Positions 16,699 through 25,767 of a stretch of DNA of 64,000 nucleotides are shown here, in pieces. The notes below the pieces were generated by a model. It saw nothing but the letters and a program-made list of their open reading frames with translations. It was not told the origin of the DNA and made no database searches. The DNA is from an uncultured delta proteobacterium. GTDB lineage: Bacteria > Myxococcota > UBA727 > VGSZ01. A program made the translations under genes and the position numbers. The first letter of the stretch is position 1; the number at the start of each line of letters is the position of its first letter. The stretch is from the NCBI GenBank assembly GCA_963775425.1, contig CAVZJB010000009.1, forward strand, positions 1-64,000, read 5' to 3'.

Positions 16699-18000
16699 AT
16701 GCGACTCAAGGTGAGCGAAGCGGCGTGGAACGCGTTCAGTGATCACCTGCTCGAGCGGACCGACGTCGAGAGCGCGGGCATTGTGCTCGCCCGCGCTCTC
16801 GACGCGGCCGACGGGCCTCTGCTGGTCGCGGACGAGCTGCTCGTCGTCCCCGACGATGGGTATCTCATCCGGCGGTTCGATCAGATTCGGATCGACCCGA
16901 TCGCGATGAACGGGATGACGCAGCGGGCGCGTGACGAGGGCTTGTCGATCTTTACGGTTCACACGCATCCGATGGCCAACGAGGCTTGGTTCTCGTGGGC
17001 CGACGACAACGGCGACAAGCGCTTGATGCCGAGCCTGCACGCGCAGGCGCCAGGTCCGCACGGCTCGATCGTGATCGTGCCCGGCGGCGGCGTGTTGGCG
17101 CGTGCGTTCAACGAGGAGGGGGTGGCGACGTCGGTCGACTTCGACGTCGTCGGGCGCCGTCTGGTTCGTCACCGGCAAGCGCGCGAGCGCGTCGAGGACG
17201 AGCGCTTCGCGCGGCAGGAGCTGGCGCTTGGGCCCGCGGGGCAAACGCGCCTGCGCAGTTTGCGGGTCGGTGTGATTGGGCTGGGCGGCGTCGGCTCGAT
17301 CGTCGCTGCACAGCTCGTGCACCTCGGCGTCGGCGAGCTCGTCTACGTCGACGGCGATGTGGTGTCCGAGTCGAACCTGTCGCGCGTATATGGCGCGCGG
17401 AGGGGCGACGTCGGCGCGAAGAAGGTGGTGGTGGCGGCGCGTTACGCGACGGAGAGCGGGCTACCGGTGGAGGTCGTGACGGTTGACGACCCGCTCGGCT
17501 CGCAGCACGCGGCGTTGCTGCGCTCGTGCGACGTGGTGTTCTCGTGCGTGGACACGCACACGCCGCGGTCGTTGTTGAACGCGCTCGCGTACGAGGCGTT
17601 GGTGCCCGTGATCGATATGGGGACCGCGTTTCGCATCGATGGTGCGAGCGGCGTTATCACGAGCAGCGGCGGTCGCGTCGTGGTGGTGGGGCCGGGTCGC
17701 CCGTGCCTGGGTTGTTGGGGTCACCTGAACGCCGACCGGCTCCGCGAGGAGGCGCTGTCGAGCGCCGAGCGCGCGGAGCTCGGGCGGCAGGGCTACCTCA
17801 GCGGCGCGGACGTGGCGCAGCCGAGCGTCGTGGCATTCAACACGTACGTTGCCGGGGCGGCGGTGATCGAGCTGTTGCGGTTGGTGACCGGGTTCGCCGG
17901 CGCCGACGACCCGCCGAACCGCCTCGGGTTCATGTTTGAGGACGGCAGCGTGACGCGCAACGAGGTGAACGCGCGGGCGTCGTGTCGATGCACGCGATGA
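16699..18000 (+). CDS. JAB/JAMM peptidase fused to ThiF/E1 adenylating domain
   Basis: VESAG...HTHP...FSWAD (E/HxH/S/D); GLGGVGS, DGDVVSESNLSR, CVD, PCLGC; AGGAGG RBS. Confidence 0.9.
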   Translation: MRLKVSEAAWNAFSDHLLERTDVESAGIVLARALDAADGPLLVADELLVVPDDGYLIRRFDQIRIDPIAMNGMTQRARDEGLSIFTVHTHPMANEAWFSWADDNGDKRLMPSLHAQAPGPHGSIVIVPGGGVLARAFNEEGVATSVDFDVVGRRLVRHRQARERVEDERFARQELALGPAGQTRLRSLRVGVIGLGGVGSIVAAQLVHLGVGELVYVDGDVVSESNLSRVYGARRGDVGAKKVVVAARYATESGLPVEVVTVDDPLGSQHAALLRSCDVVFSCVDTHTPRSLLNALAYEALVPVIDMGTAFRIDGASGVITSSGGRVVVVGPGRPCLGCWGHLNADRLREEALSSAERAELGRQGYLSGADVAQPSVVAFNTYVAGAAVIELLRLVTGFAGADDPPNRLGFMFEDGSVTRNEVNARASCRCTR

Positions 18001-18003
18001 CGG

Positions 18004-19122
18004 TCAGCCCTTGGCGTTCTTGCCGAGCTTCACCATGAGCTCGGCACCGAAGCCGGGGCTGACCATCTTTTCTCTGCGCAGGCGACCGACAACGACGCAA
18101 GGATCGACGCCGACGCTGCGCGCGAAGCGAACGACGTCGTCGATCGTCGGAGCCGTGCGTGCGAGAAACATGCGGAGCGCCTTCGGGTCGATCAGCGTGT
18201 CCGTGGCATAGCGGTCGGCTTCGGCTTCTTCGACAGCGACGTCCGGAGCAATATCTTGATCTTCGTCTTCGATGAAGATCGCGCGCTTCGCATGAAAGAG
18301 GATGTGAGCAGCTTCATGGAAGAAGTTGAACCAGAAGATGTCGAGACGGTCCCACAGGAATGTGTTTTGGATGAGCGCCTTGTCCTGTGAGAGCCAACGG
18401 GCCGCAGCCTTGATGCCCGCACCTGGGAATTCCTCGACCATCACGACGACGACGCCGGCCTCGGCGCAGAGACGCTGGATCTCCGGCATGATGTCGGCGA
18501 GCTTCTTCTTCGTGAGCAACGTCTCGCGGATGGTCTTCACTGCGGCGACAAAGCGGTCGCGGTCGTATGGAGCTGGCGCCACTTTCTGCGCCTCAAGCTC
18601 ACCGCTGCGTAGCCACGCGGCGATTTTCCCGTGCTTCTCAGAGACGCTTGGCGTGCGGCGCCACTTCGACTGGTGGTCGATGTACAGCGCCTTCCAATTC
18701 TCGGGGGTCGCCATCCCGAAGAACGACAAGACCTCACGAGCGCGTTCGGCGCGTGTGTGCGTGGGCCTCAGCCACTTTCGCTTGACCATCTCGTTGAGCG
18801 GCAAGCTCCACTTGGCGATTTCGGCGTCGTAGTCGAGGAGGCGCTTGTCTTCCTCTTGGCGCGCAAGCGACTCGCGGTAATTCTGTTCGCGGCTGAGCCA
18901 GAAGCCCGCAGAGGGCTCGCCGAGCACGCGTTCGAGCTCGAGCGCGGTGTCCGGCGTGATCGCTGTCTTGCCCTTGACGATCTCGTTGATGGTTTTCTTG
19001 GGCCGACCCATGCGCTGGGCGAGTTCCGACTGCGTCATGCCGCGTTGATCGAGCAACTCGACGAGCGTCTCGCCGGGGAGCGACACGACGGGCGGCTGGT
19101 ATTTGTTCTTCGTCTCAGTCAT
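18004..19122 (-). CDS. higA: HigA-type XRE antitoxin fused to an ImmA/IrrE Zn metallopeptidase
   Basis: PGETL...MTQSELAQRMGRPKKTINEIVKGK HTH; FWFNFFHEAAH...EAEAD. Confidence 0.88.
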   Translation of the reverse strand: MTETKNKYQPPVVSLPGETLVELLDQRGMTQSELAQRMGRPKKTINEIVKGKTAITPDTALELERVLGEPSAGFWLSREQNYRESLARQEEDKRLLDYDAEIAKWSLPLNEMVKRKWLRPTHTRAERAREVLSFFGMATPENWKALYIDHQSKWRRTPSVSEKHGKIAAWLRSGELEAQKVAPAPYDRDRFVAAVKTIRETLLTKKKLADIMPEIQRLCAEAGVVVVMVEEFPGAGIKAAARWLSQDKALIQNTFLWDRLDIFWFNFFHEAAHILFHAKRAIFIEDEDQDIAPDVAVEEAEADRYATDTLIDPKALRMFLARTAPTIDDVVRFARSVGVDPCVVVGRLRREKMVSPGFGAELMVKLGKNAKG

Positions 19123-19450
19123 CTGCGGTCCCGATTCCAAGCACGCGAACGGTGGTCACCTGGGTCCAGTCGGCGTTGCCGTGAGTCGCGGCCCGGTCGT
19201 CGACGGGCTCGAGGATGAGGCCGTGCGGTGGCTGAACAGCGATGTGGAGACGACCGAGCTTCTCAGCATCACCGGTCAGCGCGCCCGGAATGCCCCGAAC
19301 GTCGCGCAGCGTCGGCGCGGCGCGTAGGTCGTCGAGCCGCCTGCGGATGCATCGGGCCATGTCTTGGCCCCACTTCTTCTTGAGTGCCACGTCGTCGTGG
19401 AAGAGCTGCTCGACTTTGTCCGTCTTGAAGGTGATATCCACGGACATCAT
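19115..19450 (-). CDS. higB: HigB/RelE-family toxin
   Basis: DITFKTDKVEQL...KKWG...IRRRLDDLRAA; lies upstream of and overlaps higA. Confidence 0.78.
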   Translation of the reverse strand: MMSVDITFKTDKVEQLFHDDVALKKKWGQDMARCIRRRLDDLRAAPTLRDVRGIPGALTGDAEKLGRLHIAVQPPHGLILEPVDDRAATHGNADWTQVTTVRVLGIGTADD

Positions 19451-19464
19451 CCGTGTCCACTCTG

Positions 19465-19483
19465 GTTCACGGAAAAGGTGAAC
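19465..19483. promoter_or_regulatory. Palindrome GTTCAC-N7-GTGAAC; candidate HigA operator
   Basis: Directly upstream of higB. Confidence 0.5.
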
Positions 19484-19567
19484 AAGAGGATCGGCTGACG
19501 GCATGGTGGCATAGGGTGACTGATAGCGCACCCATGACCACGCGTCCAATCGCCTGCTGAAGAGCGA

Positions 19568-21484
19568 CTAGACCGCCTCCTCGAAGTGCAACTGCACGTC
19601 GCGATCGAGCCGCGAGCAGTGACGGAGGATCTGCAGCGAGTGCTTCAGCAACTCCGTGTCGCGAGCGACCTCGCTGATCGGTCCGTCCGCAAACTTGCCG
19701 CCGTGGAAGAGGTTGTTCCGCACGCGCCGCACCGCGAGCAGCACGGATACCGAGTCGCCGTCGATACCTCCATCCTTCCACCCGAGCGTGCCGTCGTCCT
19801 TTCTGATTTGCTTCTTCGGCGGGTGATCTCGGAGGTACCGCGCCGCTTCGCCAACGCGCGGGTCGACCGCCGTCGCCGTCGCAAAGTCGGCCTTGATCGC
19901 CTTCGCGAACGCATCCCAATTCGGAGACGCATCGGCAGTATCGTTCAGGTACGTCGCGCTCCTCTTCAGCGCGTACTCGAAGCGTGCAAACGTCGCGAGA
20001 AACTCCAGGACCAGCGCCGGCTCAGCGGTGAAGACGGAGACCACACTCGAAGCCATCGCAGTTCCTGCGACAGCTGCCCCGGTCGTCGGCACCGCGGGAG
20101 GCGCGACCGAGACCGTCGCCGTCACCGCGCCTTCAGTCCGCGTTGTGGCGTTGCCTGTCCCTTCGGCGGTGGTGTTCGGCTGCAGGCGTACGCGCGCGTC
20201 AATCCCGGGCGACGCCGCGTCGGCGGCGAACGGAGCGCCGTCCTCATCGCAGAGCGCGTAGCCCGCGGCATCGATGAGCAACCGCAGCTCGTGGAACCGG
20301 TCCGTCCTCAGCCGGCTGAACTCGCCGAGACCGGCCTTCTTGAGCAACGAACGAATCTCGATCGAGCGCCGGCCGGTGTACTGCGCGAGCTTGTCTTTGA
20401 GGACCGCGACGGGGTCATCCGCCGGATCGGCGGCAGCGGCTTCTTCGCCGCCTCCGTCAGCCGCGCATGCCGTCAGCATGCTCGTGTCCATTCGGCACCA
20501 CGCCGCCGTCGCCGTCGCGCGGAGCTCGTCCGACGACTTCGCCTTCGCGTCCGGCAATCGCCACCAGCCATCGCCGATCGGGAAACCCTCGGTCGAGCCC
20601 AACACATGCGTGAGGTCAGCTTGTCGCAGGTCAGCGATGAGAGCGGCACTGTCGCCGCGGTACGCGTCCGCGAGCTGCTCCTCCATTGCCGCCTTGCTCT
20701 TACGCCGCGCGAGACCACGCGCGTCGCAGAGGGCGACGAGTGAGTCGCGCCCTCCGTCGATCCCAATCCATTCGAGCAAGTCCGAGACGAGCGGCGCATC
20801 GTTGGGCAGACCATGCCGACGTTTCGCTGGGTAGCGAGACACGTCCCCGTTCTCGTCGACGAAGTACAGGTAGCCGGCCTCGCGCCTCGCGCCGGCGTCC
20901 GCGACGAACTCAGCCGGTGCGTCGGCATCGTCGACGGGCGCACGCATGACCTTCCCGTCGTCGAAGTAGTAGATGAACCCATCTTCGCGCTTCACGCCAA
21001 GTGCGCTGACGACCTCAAGCTTTTCGTGATCAACATCCCAGTCTTGAAAGTCGAGGTCGTCGCCCGCTCCTCCGTTGTCGACCAGCTCCGTTGCCTCGTC
21101 GGCTGGGTCATCCGCGAAGTCCTCATCGACCGCGCCACCGAGTGCATCGACCCAAGCCGCAAGACGCTGGCGCGTGGAGAGACCGGCCGCCTCCAACAGA
21201 GCTCTTCGCTCCGTGTCCTCGAGCGCCACTGCGACTGTGTTTAGCTTCCGGCGAAAGCTCTCGGCGAACTTTCCGCGCGCTGCCTCTTCGCCGTCCGGCA
21301 GCGCAACCTCGCCAAGCACCGCAACAAGCCGCCGGAGGGAGCTCACCGGAAGAACGCGCGCGATCTCGTCGATAGGAACCACACGATCGAACAGGTTCTC
21401 GACGTCAAACGGGCGTTCGTCACGACGGTGCTCTTGGCCAACCGCGCCCGGCGCCGGCGGCCACGGGATCTCGAAGAGCCCAAG
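19568..21484 (-). pseudogene. 3' part of an IS66-interrupted ASCH/Cc1-like/HEPN gene
   Basis: Open frame from LGLFEIPW to the stop at 19568; tandem KREDGFIYYFD / RREAGYLYFVDENGDVSR; C-terminal RVRNNLFHGGK. Confidence 0.8.
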
Positions 21485-21553
21485 GTATCCGGCCGGCGAA
21501 CTGCGTCGTGACACCGGGCCTCGCCGCGCGTACCGCGCGCGCGGAGGTGATGC

Positions 21554-21880
21554 ATGGCCAGGGAGTCGAGGGTGGTGTGGGCGCGGCGGGTGGCGCGGTG
21601 GGCGAAGAGCGGCCTGTCGCGCGAGGAGTTCGCGGCGCGTGAGGGCGTGAAGGCGACGACGCTGTCGTGGTGGCGCTGGTACCTGGGCCGCGACGGTGCG
21701 GCGCCAGCGCGGATGCTCGCGCGGCCCGAGCCAGCCTTCGTCGAGGTCGAGCCGGTCGTGGTCGAGGCCGTGAGCGAGCGCATCGAAGTGGCGCTCACCA
21801 ACGGCCGCGTGGTGCGCGTACCGATGACGTTCCGCGACGACGCTCTCGTGCGCGTGCTTGCCGCCGCGGAGTCCCGATGA
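21554..21880 (+). CDS. tnpA: IS66 TnpA
   Basis: Homologous to 5217-5540. Confidence 0.88.
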   Translation: MARESRVVWARRVARWAKSGLSREEFAAREGVKATTLSWWRWYLGRDGAAPARMLARPEPAFVEVEPVVVEAVSERIEVALTNGRVVRVPMTFRDDALVRVLAAAESR

Positions 21881-22269
21881 TCCCGGCCGGCCTGCGCATC
21901 GTCGTCGCGCTCGCGCCGATGGACATGCGGCGCTCGATAGACGGCCTTGTCGCCGCCGTCGCCGACCGGCTCCACCAGGACGCCGCAGTCGCGCGCGTGG
22001 TCTACGCCTTCGCCAACACGCGCAGGGATCGCGCAAAGCTGATCTGGCGCACCGAGCATCAATGGTGCCTGCTGTACACGCGGCTCGACGCCGGCTACCG
22101 CGTGACGCTGCCCGTCGCGCAGGATGGCGTGGCGAGCGTATCGGTCGATGCTCGCCAACTGGCGGCGATCCTCGACGGCGCGAAGAAGCGCGCGACGACG
22201 CGCGAGACCGTTCGCGAGGCGCGCGCGAAGGTGTCGATTTCTTCGCCAAGCTCGTCGACGAGGCGATAG
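21877..22269 (+). CDS. tnpB: IS66 TnpB
   Basis: PMDMRRSIDGL; homologous to 5537-5929. Confidence 0.88.
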   Translation: MIPAGLRIVVALAPMDMRRSIDGLVAAVADRLHQDAAVARVVYAFANTRRDRAKLIWRTEHQWCLLYTRLDAGYRVTLPVAQDGVASVSVDARQLAAILDGAKKRATTRETVREARAKVSISSPSSSTRR

Positions 22270-22277
22270 ATCATGGC

Positions 22278-24017
22278 GTGAACGAGGAGCTCACCGACGT
22301 CAACGTGCTGCGCGCGCGCCACCTCGAGACGGTGGCGATGCTCGAAGCGCTGAAGAAGGCGTACGACAAGCTCCTCTTCGAGCACGAGCTGCTGAAGCGG
22401 CAAGTGCTCGGTCCCAAGGCCGAGCGCGTCAAGAACGCGCAGGCGCAGGCTGAGCTGCCGCTCTTGGAGTTCGTCGCGGCGATCGGCAGGCTTCAGGCCG
22501 GTGACGAGAGCGCTCTCGACGACGCCCAGAGGGCCCTCGACGAGGCGACAGCGGCGCTCGGGGGCGGCGGCGACGACGCGCTAGAGAAGCCGTCGAGGCC
22601 TGGCGGCCATGGTCGCCGCAAGCTCCAGCTCGAGGATCTGCCGCTTCACCGCATCGTGCTGTTGCCGCCCGAGCGACTCGCTCCTGGCGGCGAGAAGCTG
22701 GTGAAGATTGGCGAGGAGGTGACGCAGCTTGTCGAGCGGCAGCCGGCCTCGATCGTGCGCATCGAGGTCGTGCGCGAGAAGTTCGCAGCGCCAGCGGACG
22801 CGGAGGCTACGTCTCCGCCGGCGAGCGCGCCGCCCGTAGCGCCGGAGAGCTCGACGATCGCCGGCGCGCCCCCGCTCGGGCGCGCGCCGCGCGCCGTCTT
22901 CATCGCCGACATGCCGGAGCGCGTGATCCCGAAGGCGATGGTCGAGCCGGGGTTCCTCGCGCACGTGTTGGTGTCGAAGCACTGCGACCACATCCCGCTG
23001 AACCGCCAGGAGGGCATCTTCAAGCGGGAGGGGTTCAAGGTGTCGAGCTCGACTCTCGGCGATTGGGTGGAGGCGTCGACGAACCTGCTTGCCCATGTCG
23101 TCGACGCGATGTGGAAGGACGCGAAGGAGAATGCGTCGTACTGCATCGTCGACGCGACCGGCGTCTTGGTGCAGGCGAAGGGCGAGTGCCAGCGCGCGCA
23201 CTTCTACGTCGCTGTCGTACCGCAAGAGCACGTGCTGTTCCGCTTCACTCGGAAGAACGACGGGCCGACCGTCGCGGCGCTGTTCGAAGGCTTCAAGGGC
23301 CACGTCCACGCCGACGCGGCGACCGTCTACCACGAGCTCTACCGGCGCGAGCTTCAGCACCTCACCGAAGTCGGATGTTGGGCCCACACGCGGCGGAAGT
23401 TCTTCGATGCGCTGTCGCGCGATCGGGAGCGCGCGCTCGTCGGCATCGGGTACATCAGCCACCTCTATGACGCCCACCGCGCAACGCTCGACAGCGACGG
23501 GGTCGCCGACACGAAGAGGCGCGCCGAGCTCGCTCGCCCCATCCTCGCGAAGCTCTTGTGGTGGGCGCGCCGCGAATTCCGCGCGGTCGCGCAAGGCACG
23601 CCGATCCATCTCGCCCTCGGCTACCTTGTCCGCCAAAGGCGCGCGTTGCTTCGCTTCCTCGACGACGGGCGCATACGCCTCGACACGAACCCCGCCGAGC
23701 TTGCGCTACGGCGCGAAGCCGTGGGACGGAAAAACTGGATCTTCGTCGGCAGCGACAACGGCGCGAAGTGGAACACGATCGCCGTGTCGCTCATCGCGAG
23801 CTGTCAGATGCATGGCATCGAGCCGTGGGCGTACCTGCGCGATGTCCTCACGCTGCTGCCCTCGTGGCCCCACCAGCGTGTGCTTGAGCTCGCACCGAAG
23901 AGCTGGCGGACGACGCTCGCGACGTCCGAGGTGCAGGAACGGCTCGCCACGCTCCGGCTGATCGACCGCGCCACGCCAGTGCGGCCGACTGACGCCATCG
24001 CCGCCGTCGACCTATAG
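22278..24017 (+). CDS. tnpC: IS66 transposase TnpC
   Basis: GCWAHTRRKF, GRKNWIFVGS; homologous to 5938-7674. Start approximate. Confidence 0.93.
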   Translation: MNEELTDVNVLRARHLETVAMLEALKKAYDKLLFEHELLKRQVLGPKAERVKNAQAQAELPLLEFVAAIGRLQAGDESALDDAQRALDEATAALGGGGDDALEKPSRPGGHGRRKLQLEDLPLHRIVLLPPERLAPGGEKLVKIGEEVTQLVERQPASIVRIEVVREKFAAPADAEATSPPASAPPVAPESSTIAGAPPLGRAPRAVFIADMPERVIPKAMVEPGFLAHVLVSKHCDHIPLNRQEGIFKREGFKVSSSTLGDWVEASTNLLAHVVDAMWKDAKENASYCIVDATGVLVQAKGECQRAHFYVAVVPQEHVLFRFTRKNDGPTVAALFEGFKGHVHADAATVYHELYRRELQHLTEVGCWAHTRRKFFDALSRDRERALVGIGYISHLYDAHRATLDSDGVADTKRRAELARPILAKLLWWARREFRAVAQGTPIHLALGYLVRQRRALLRFLDDGRIRLDTNPAELALRREAVGRKNWIFVGSDNGAKWNTIAVSLIASCQMHGIEPWAYLRDVLTLLPSWPHQRVLELAPKSWRTTLATSEVQERLATLRLIDRATPVRPTDAIAAVDL

Positions 24018-24122
24018 AGCCGTGCCGTGGCCGCCGGCGACCGCGGGGAGCCGGAGCCGCCCCCCGCCCATTGCTGGCGCTTTCTACGGCGCCCGTCACC
24101 ACGTGGTTCGCCGGCCGCATAC

Positions 24123-24444
24123 GCCCAAGCGTCCCCTTCCACGGAACGAAGGGAACCCGCCGCGGGTTCGCGACCACCCAGTGCCACACATCGTCGCCCT
24201 CGCCTGCCCAAGGGCTCCGGTAGCGCTGAACACAGTCGACGAGGTCGACGATGCCAACGACGCCGCCGAGCTCCCACTCGTGGTTCGGCCCGTAGGCTTT
24301 CCTCAGGAAGGGCCCATGCCGCAGCGTCACGCCTGCGTGGATGAGAAGGGGGCCGCGGTACTTGGTCGACCACGAGCGGTTCTCCACGTCCTTCCCGCGC
24401 ATGATGAAGTCCGCCCACGGCTGCTGAACAGAGAGTGCTTTCAT
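24123..24444 (-). pseudogene. 5' part (ASCH domain) of the IS66-interrupted gene
   Basis: MKALSVQQPWA...GKDVENRSW...RGPLLIHAG is an ASCH signature; rejoins in frame as PWKGTLG-LFEI once the IS is removed. Confidence 0.88.
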
Positions 24445-24459
24445 CCGATCCCCCAATAG

Positions 24460-24597
24460 TCACGAGTACCGCAGAAGTGCCGCTTCGTGCGCCGCCCGCA
24501 CAGCAGCCCGGAGCGACTTAGGCTTGACGACCTCGACGTTCGCCCCGAAGCCGAGAATCCATGCTCGTAGAACCTGCGTCTCGGGCACGCGCGCCTT
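24460..24597 (-). pseudogene. 3' remnant of a WYL-domain regulator (WCX tail)
   Basis: Manual translation KARVPETQVLRAWILGFGANVEVVKPKSLRAAVRAAHEAALLRYS*; cut by the adjacent element. Confidence 0.78.
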
Positions 24598-24661
24598 TGA
24601 GCGTGCTCTCGTTTTCTGAGGGGCCGCCGATCACGTTTTGAGCGGGGCGCGCCGCGTCACG

Positions 24662-24925
24662 TCAGAACGGGTCGCCCCACCCGATGGCGGTGGCGCGGTA
24701 GCGGCGGAGGAGCGCTTGGAGGGCCTCGGTCTGCCTGAGGATGGCCTCAGCGAGGATCTCGCGCCGGTCGAGGCTGTTCCTGAATTCGGCGTCGGCGGCC
24801 GCGGGGTTTGCGGCGAGGAGCGCGAAGGCGGCGGTGTGGAGGGCGTGGTCGAGCACGGAGAGGGCGGCGCACTCCGGTGCGCGAGCGATCTCCGGCGGGG
24901 TGGGCGCAGGATTGGGGCAGGTCAT
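24662..24925 (-). CDS. Small helical hypothetical protein of the element
   Basis: MTCPNPAPTP...LRRYRATAIGWGDPF; starts 2 nt after the ATPase stop. Confidence 0.6.
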   Translation of the reverse strand: MTCPNPAPTPPEIARAPECAALSVLDHALHTAAFALLAANPAAADAEFRNSLDRREILAEAILRQTEALQALLRRYRATAIGWGDPF

Positions 24926-24927
24926 GA

Positions 24928-25767
24928 TCACTTCCTCTTGTTGGCTGCGGTCTTCTTGGCGACGGGCTTCTCGAAGGCCTCGAGGAAGAGCTTCTCGTCG
25001 AGCCGCTGGGCGCCGGTGTCGGCGCCGATGGCCAGGAGCTCGTCGGCGAGGTTCATGAGGATGCGGTAGTTGCCGGCGGCGTGGTCGGCGAGGGTGGCCT
25101 TGAGCTCGGTGGTCATGAGCGTGGGGTTGCCCGCGGTCTCGAGGAGGTGGTCGAGGCAGGCGAGGAGCTCGTCTCGGGGTGCGTATTCGAGGACGAGGCG
25201 CCGGCGGATGCGGCTTCCAAGCGGGAGCAGCTCCGGGGAGCGGAAGCGCTCCGGCAGCCGCTGGTCGCCGGCGAAGACGACGCAGAGGAGCTGGCGGGAG
25301 TCGAGGTCCTTGCTGGCGAGGACGCGCAGCTCGTTGAAGACGGTGGTGAGGGTCTCCTGGGCCTCGTCGATGACGAGGACGGGACGCATGAGCGTGGTGG
25401 TGATGTGCTCGTGCCAGCGCGCGCGCAGCGCCTTGAAGCCCGCCCATCGGTTGTGGGACTGGAGCGGCACGCCGAAGAGGTCTCCAACTTCGCGGTAGAA
25501 GTCCATGGTCCGGGACTGCGGGTGCTCGACGATGCCGACGACGACGTCGCGGATCTCCTCGAGCCGCTTCTTCAACAGCCGCAGGGCGACGCTCTTCCCG
25601 GTCCCGGGCTCGCCGGTGATCATCACGTAGCCGCCGTCGGCGATGCCGAGCTCGACGCGTCGCAAGAACGCGTCGACGGCAGGCGTCGTGTAGAGCGCCT
25701 CGATGGGCACGTCGGGTCGAAAGGGGTGGAACTTCAGCCCGTAGGTCTGCAGGAGCTTGTTCTTCAT
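24928..25767 (-). CDS. ExeA-family AAA+ ATPase (transposition helper)
   Basis: YGLKFHPF, GEPGTGKS, LVIDEAQ. Confidence 0.88.
   Translation of the reverse strand: MKNKLLQTYGLKFHPFRPDVPIEALYTTPAVDAFLRRVELGIADGGYVMITGEPGTGKSVALRLLKKRLEEIRDVVVGIVEHPQSRTMDFYREVGDLFGVPLQSHNRWAGFKALRARWHEHITTTLMRPVLVIDEAQETLTTVFNELRVLASKDLDSRQLLCVVFAGDQRLPERFRSPELLPLGSRIRRRLVLEYAPRDELLACLDHLLETAGNPTLMTTELKATLADHAAGNYRILMNLADELLAIGADTGAQRLDEKLFLEAFEKPVAKKTAANKRK

Larger units (their letters stand above)
21485..24122 (+). mobile_element. IS66-family element, copy 2 (diverged relative of copy 1)
   Basis: GTATCCGGCCGGCGAAC...GTTCGCCGGCCGCATAC; 7-bp duplication GCCCAAG at 21478-21484 and 24123-24129. Confidence 0.95.

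Noticed and set aside
16031-18000. CBASS Cap2/Cap3 or ThiS/MoaD cofactor biosynthesis
   Set aside because: No CD-NTase or thiamine/molybdopterin genes, and the domain order (Ubl-E2, JAB-E1) differs from Cap2 (E2-E1).
19568-22249. 893-aa ORF as a single real gene
   Set aside because: The first ~255 codons are antisense read-through of IS66; the true 5' end is at 24444.
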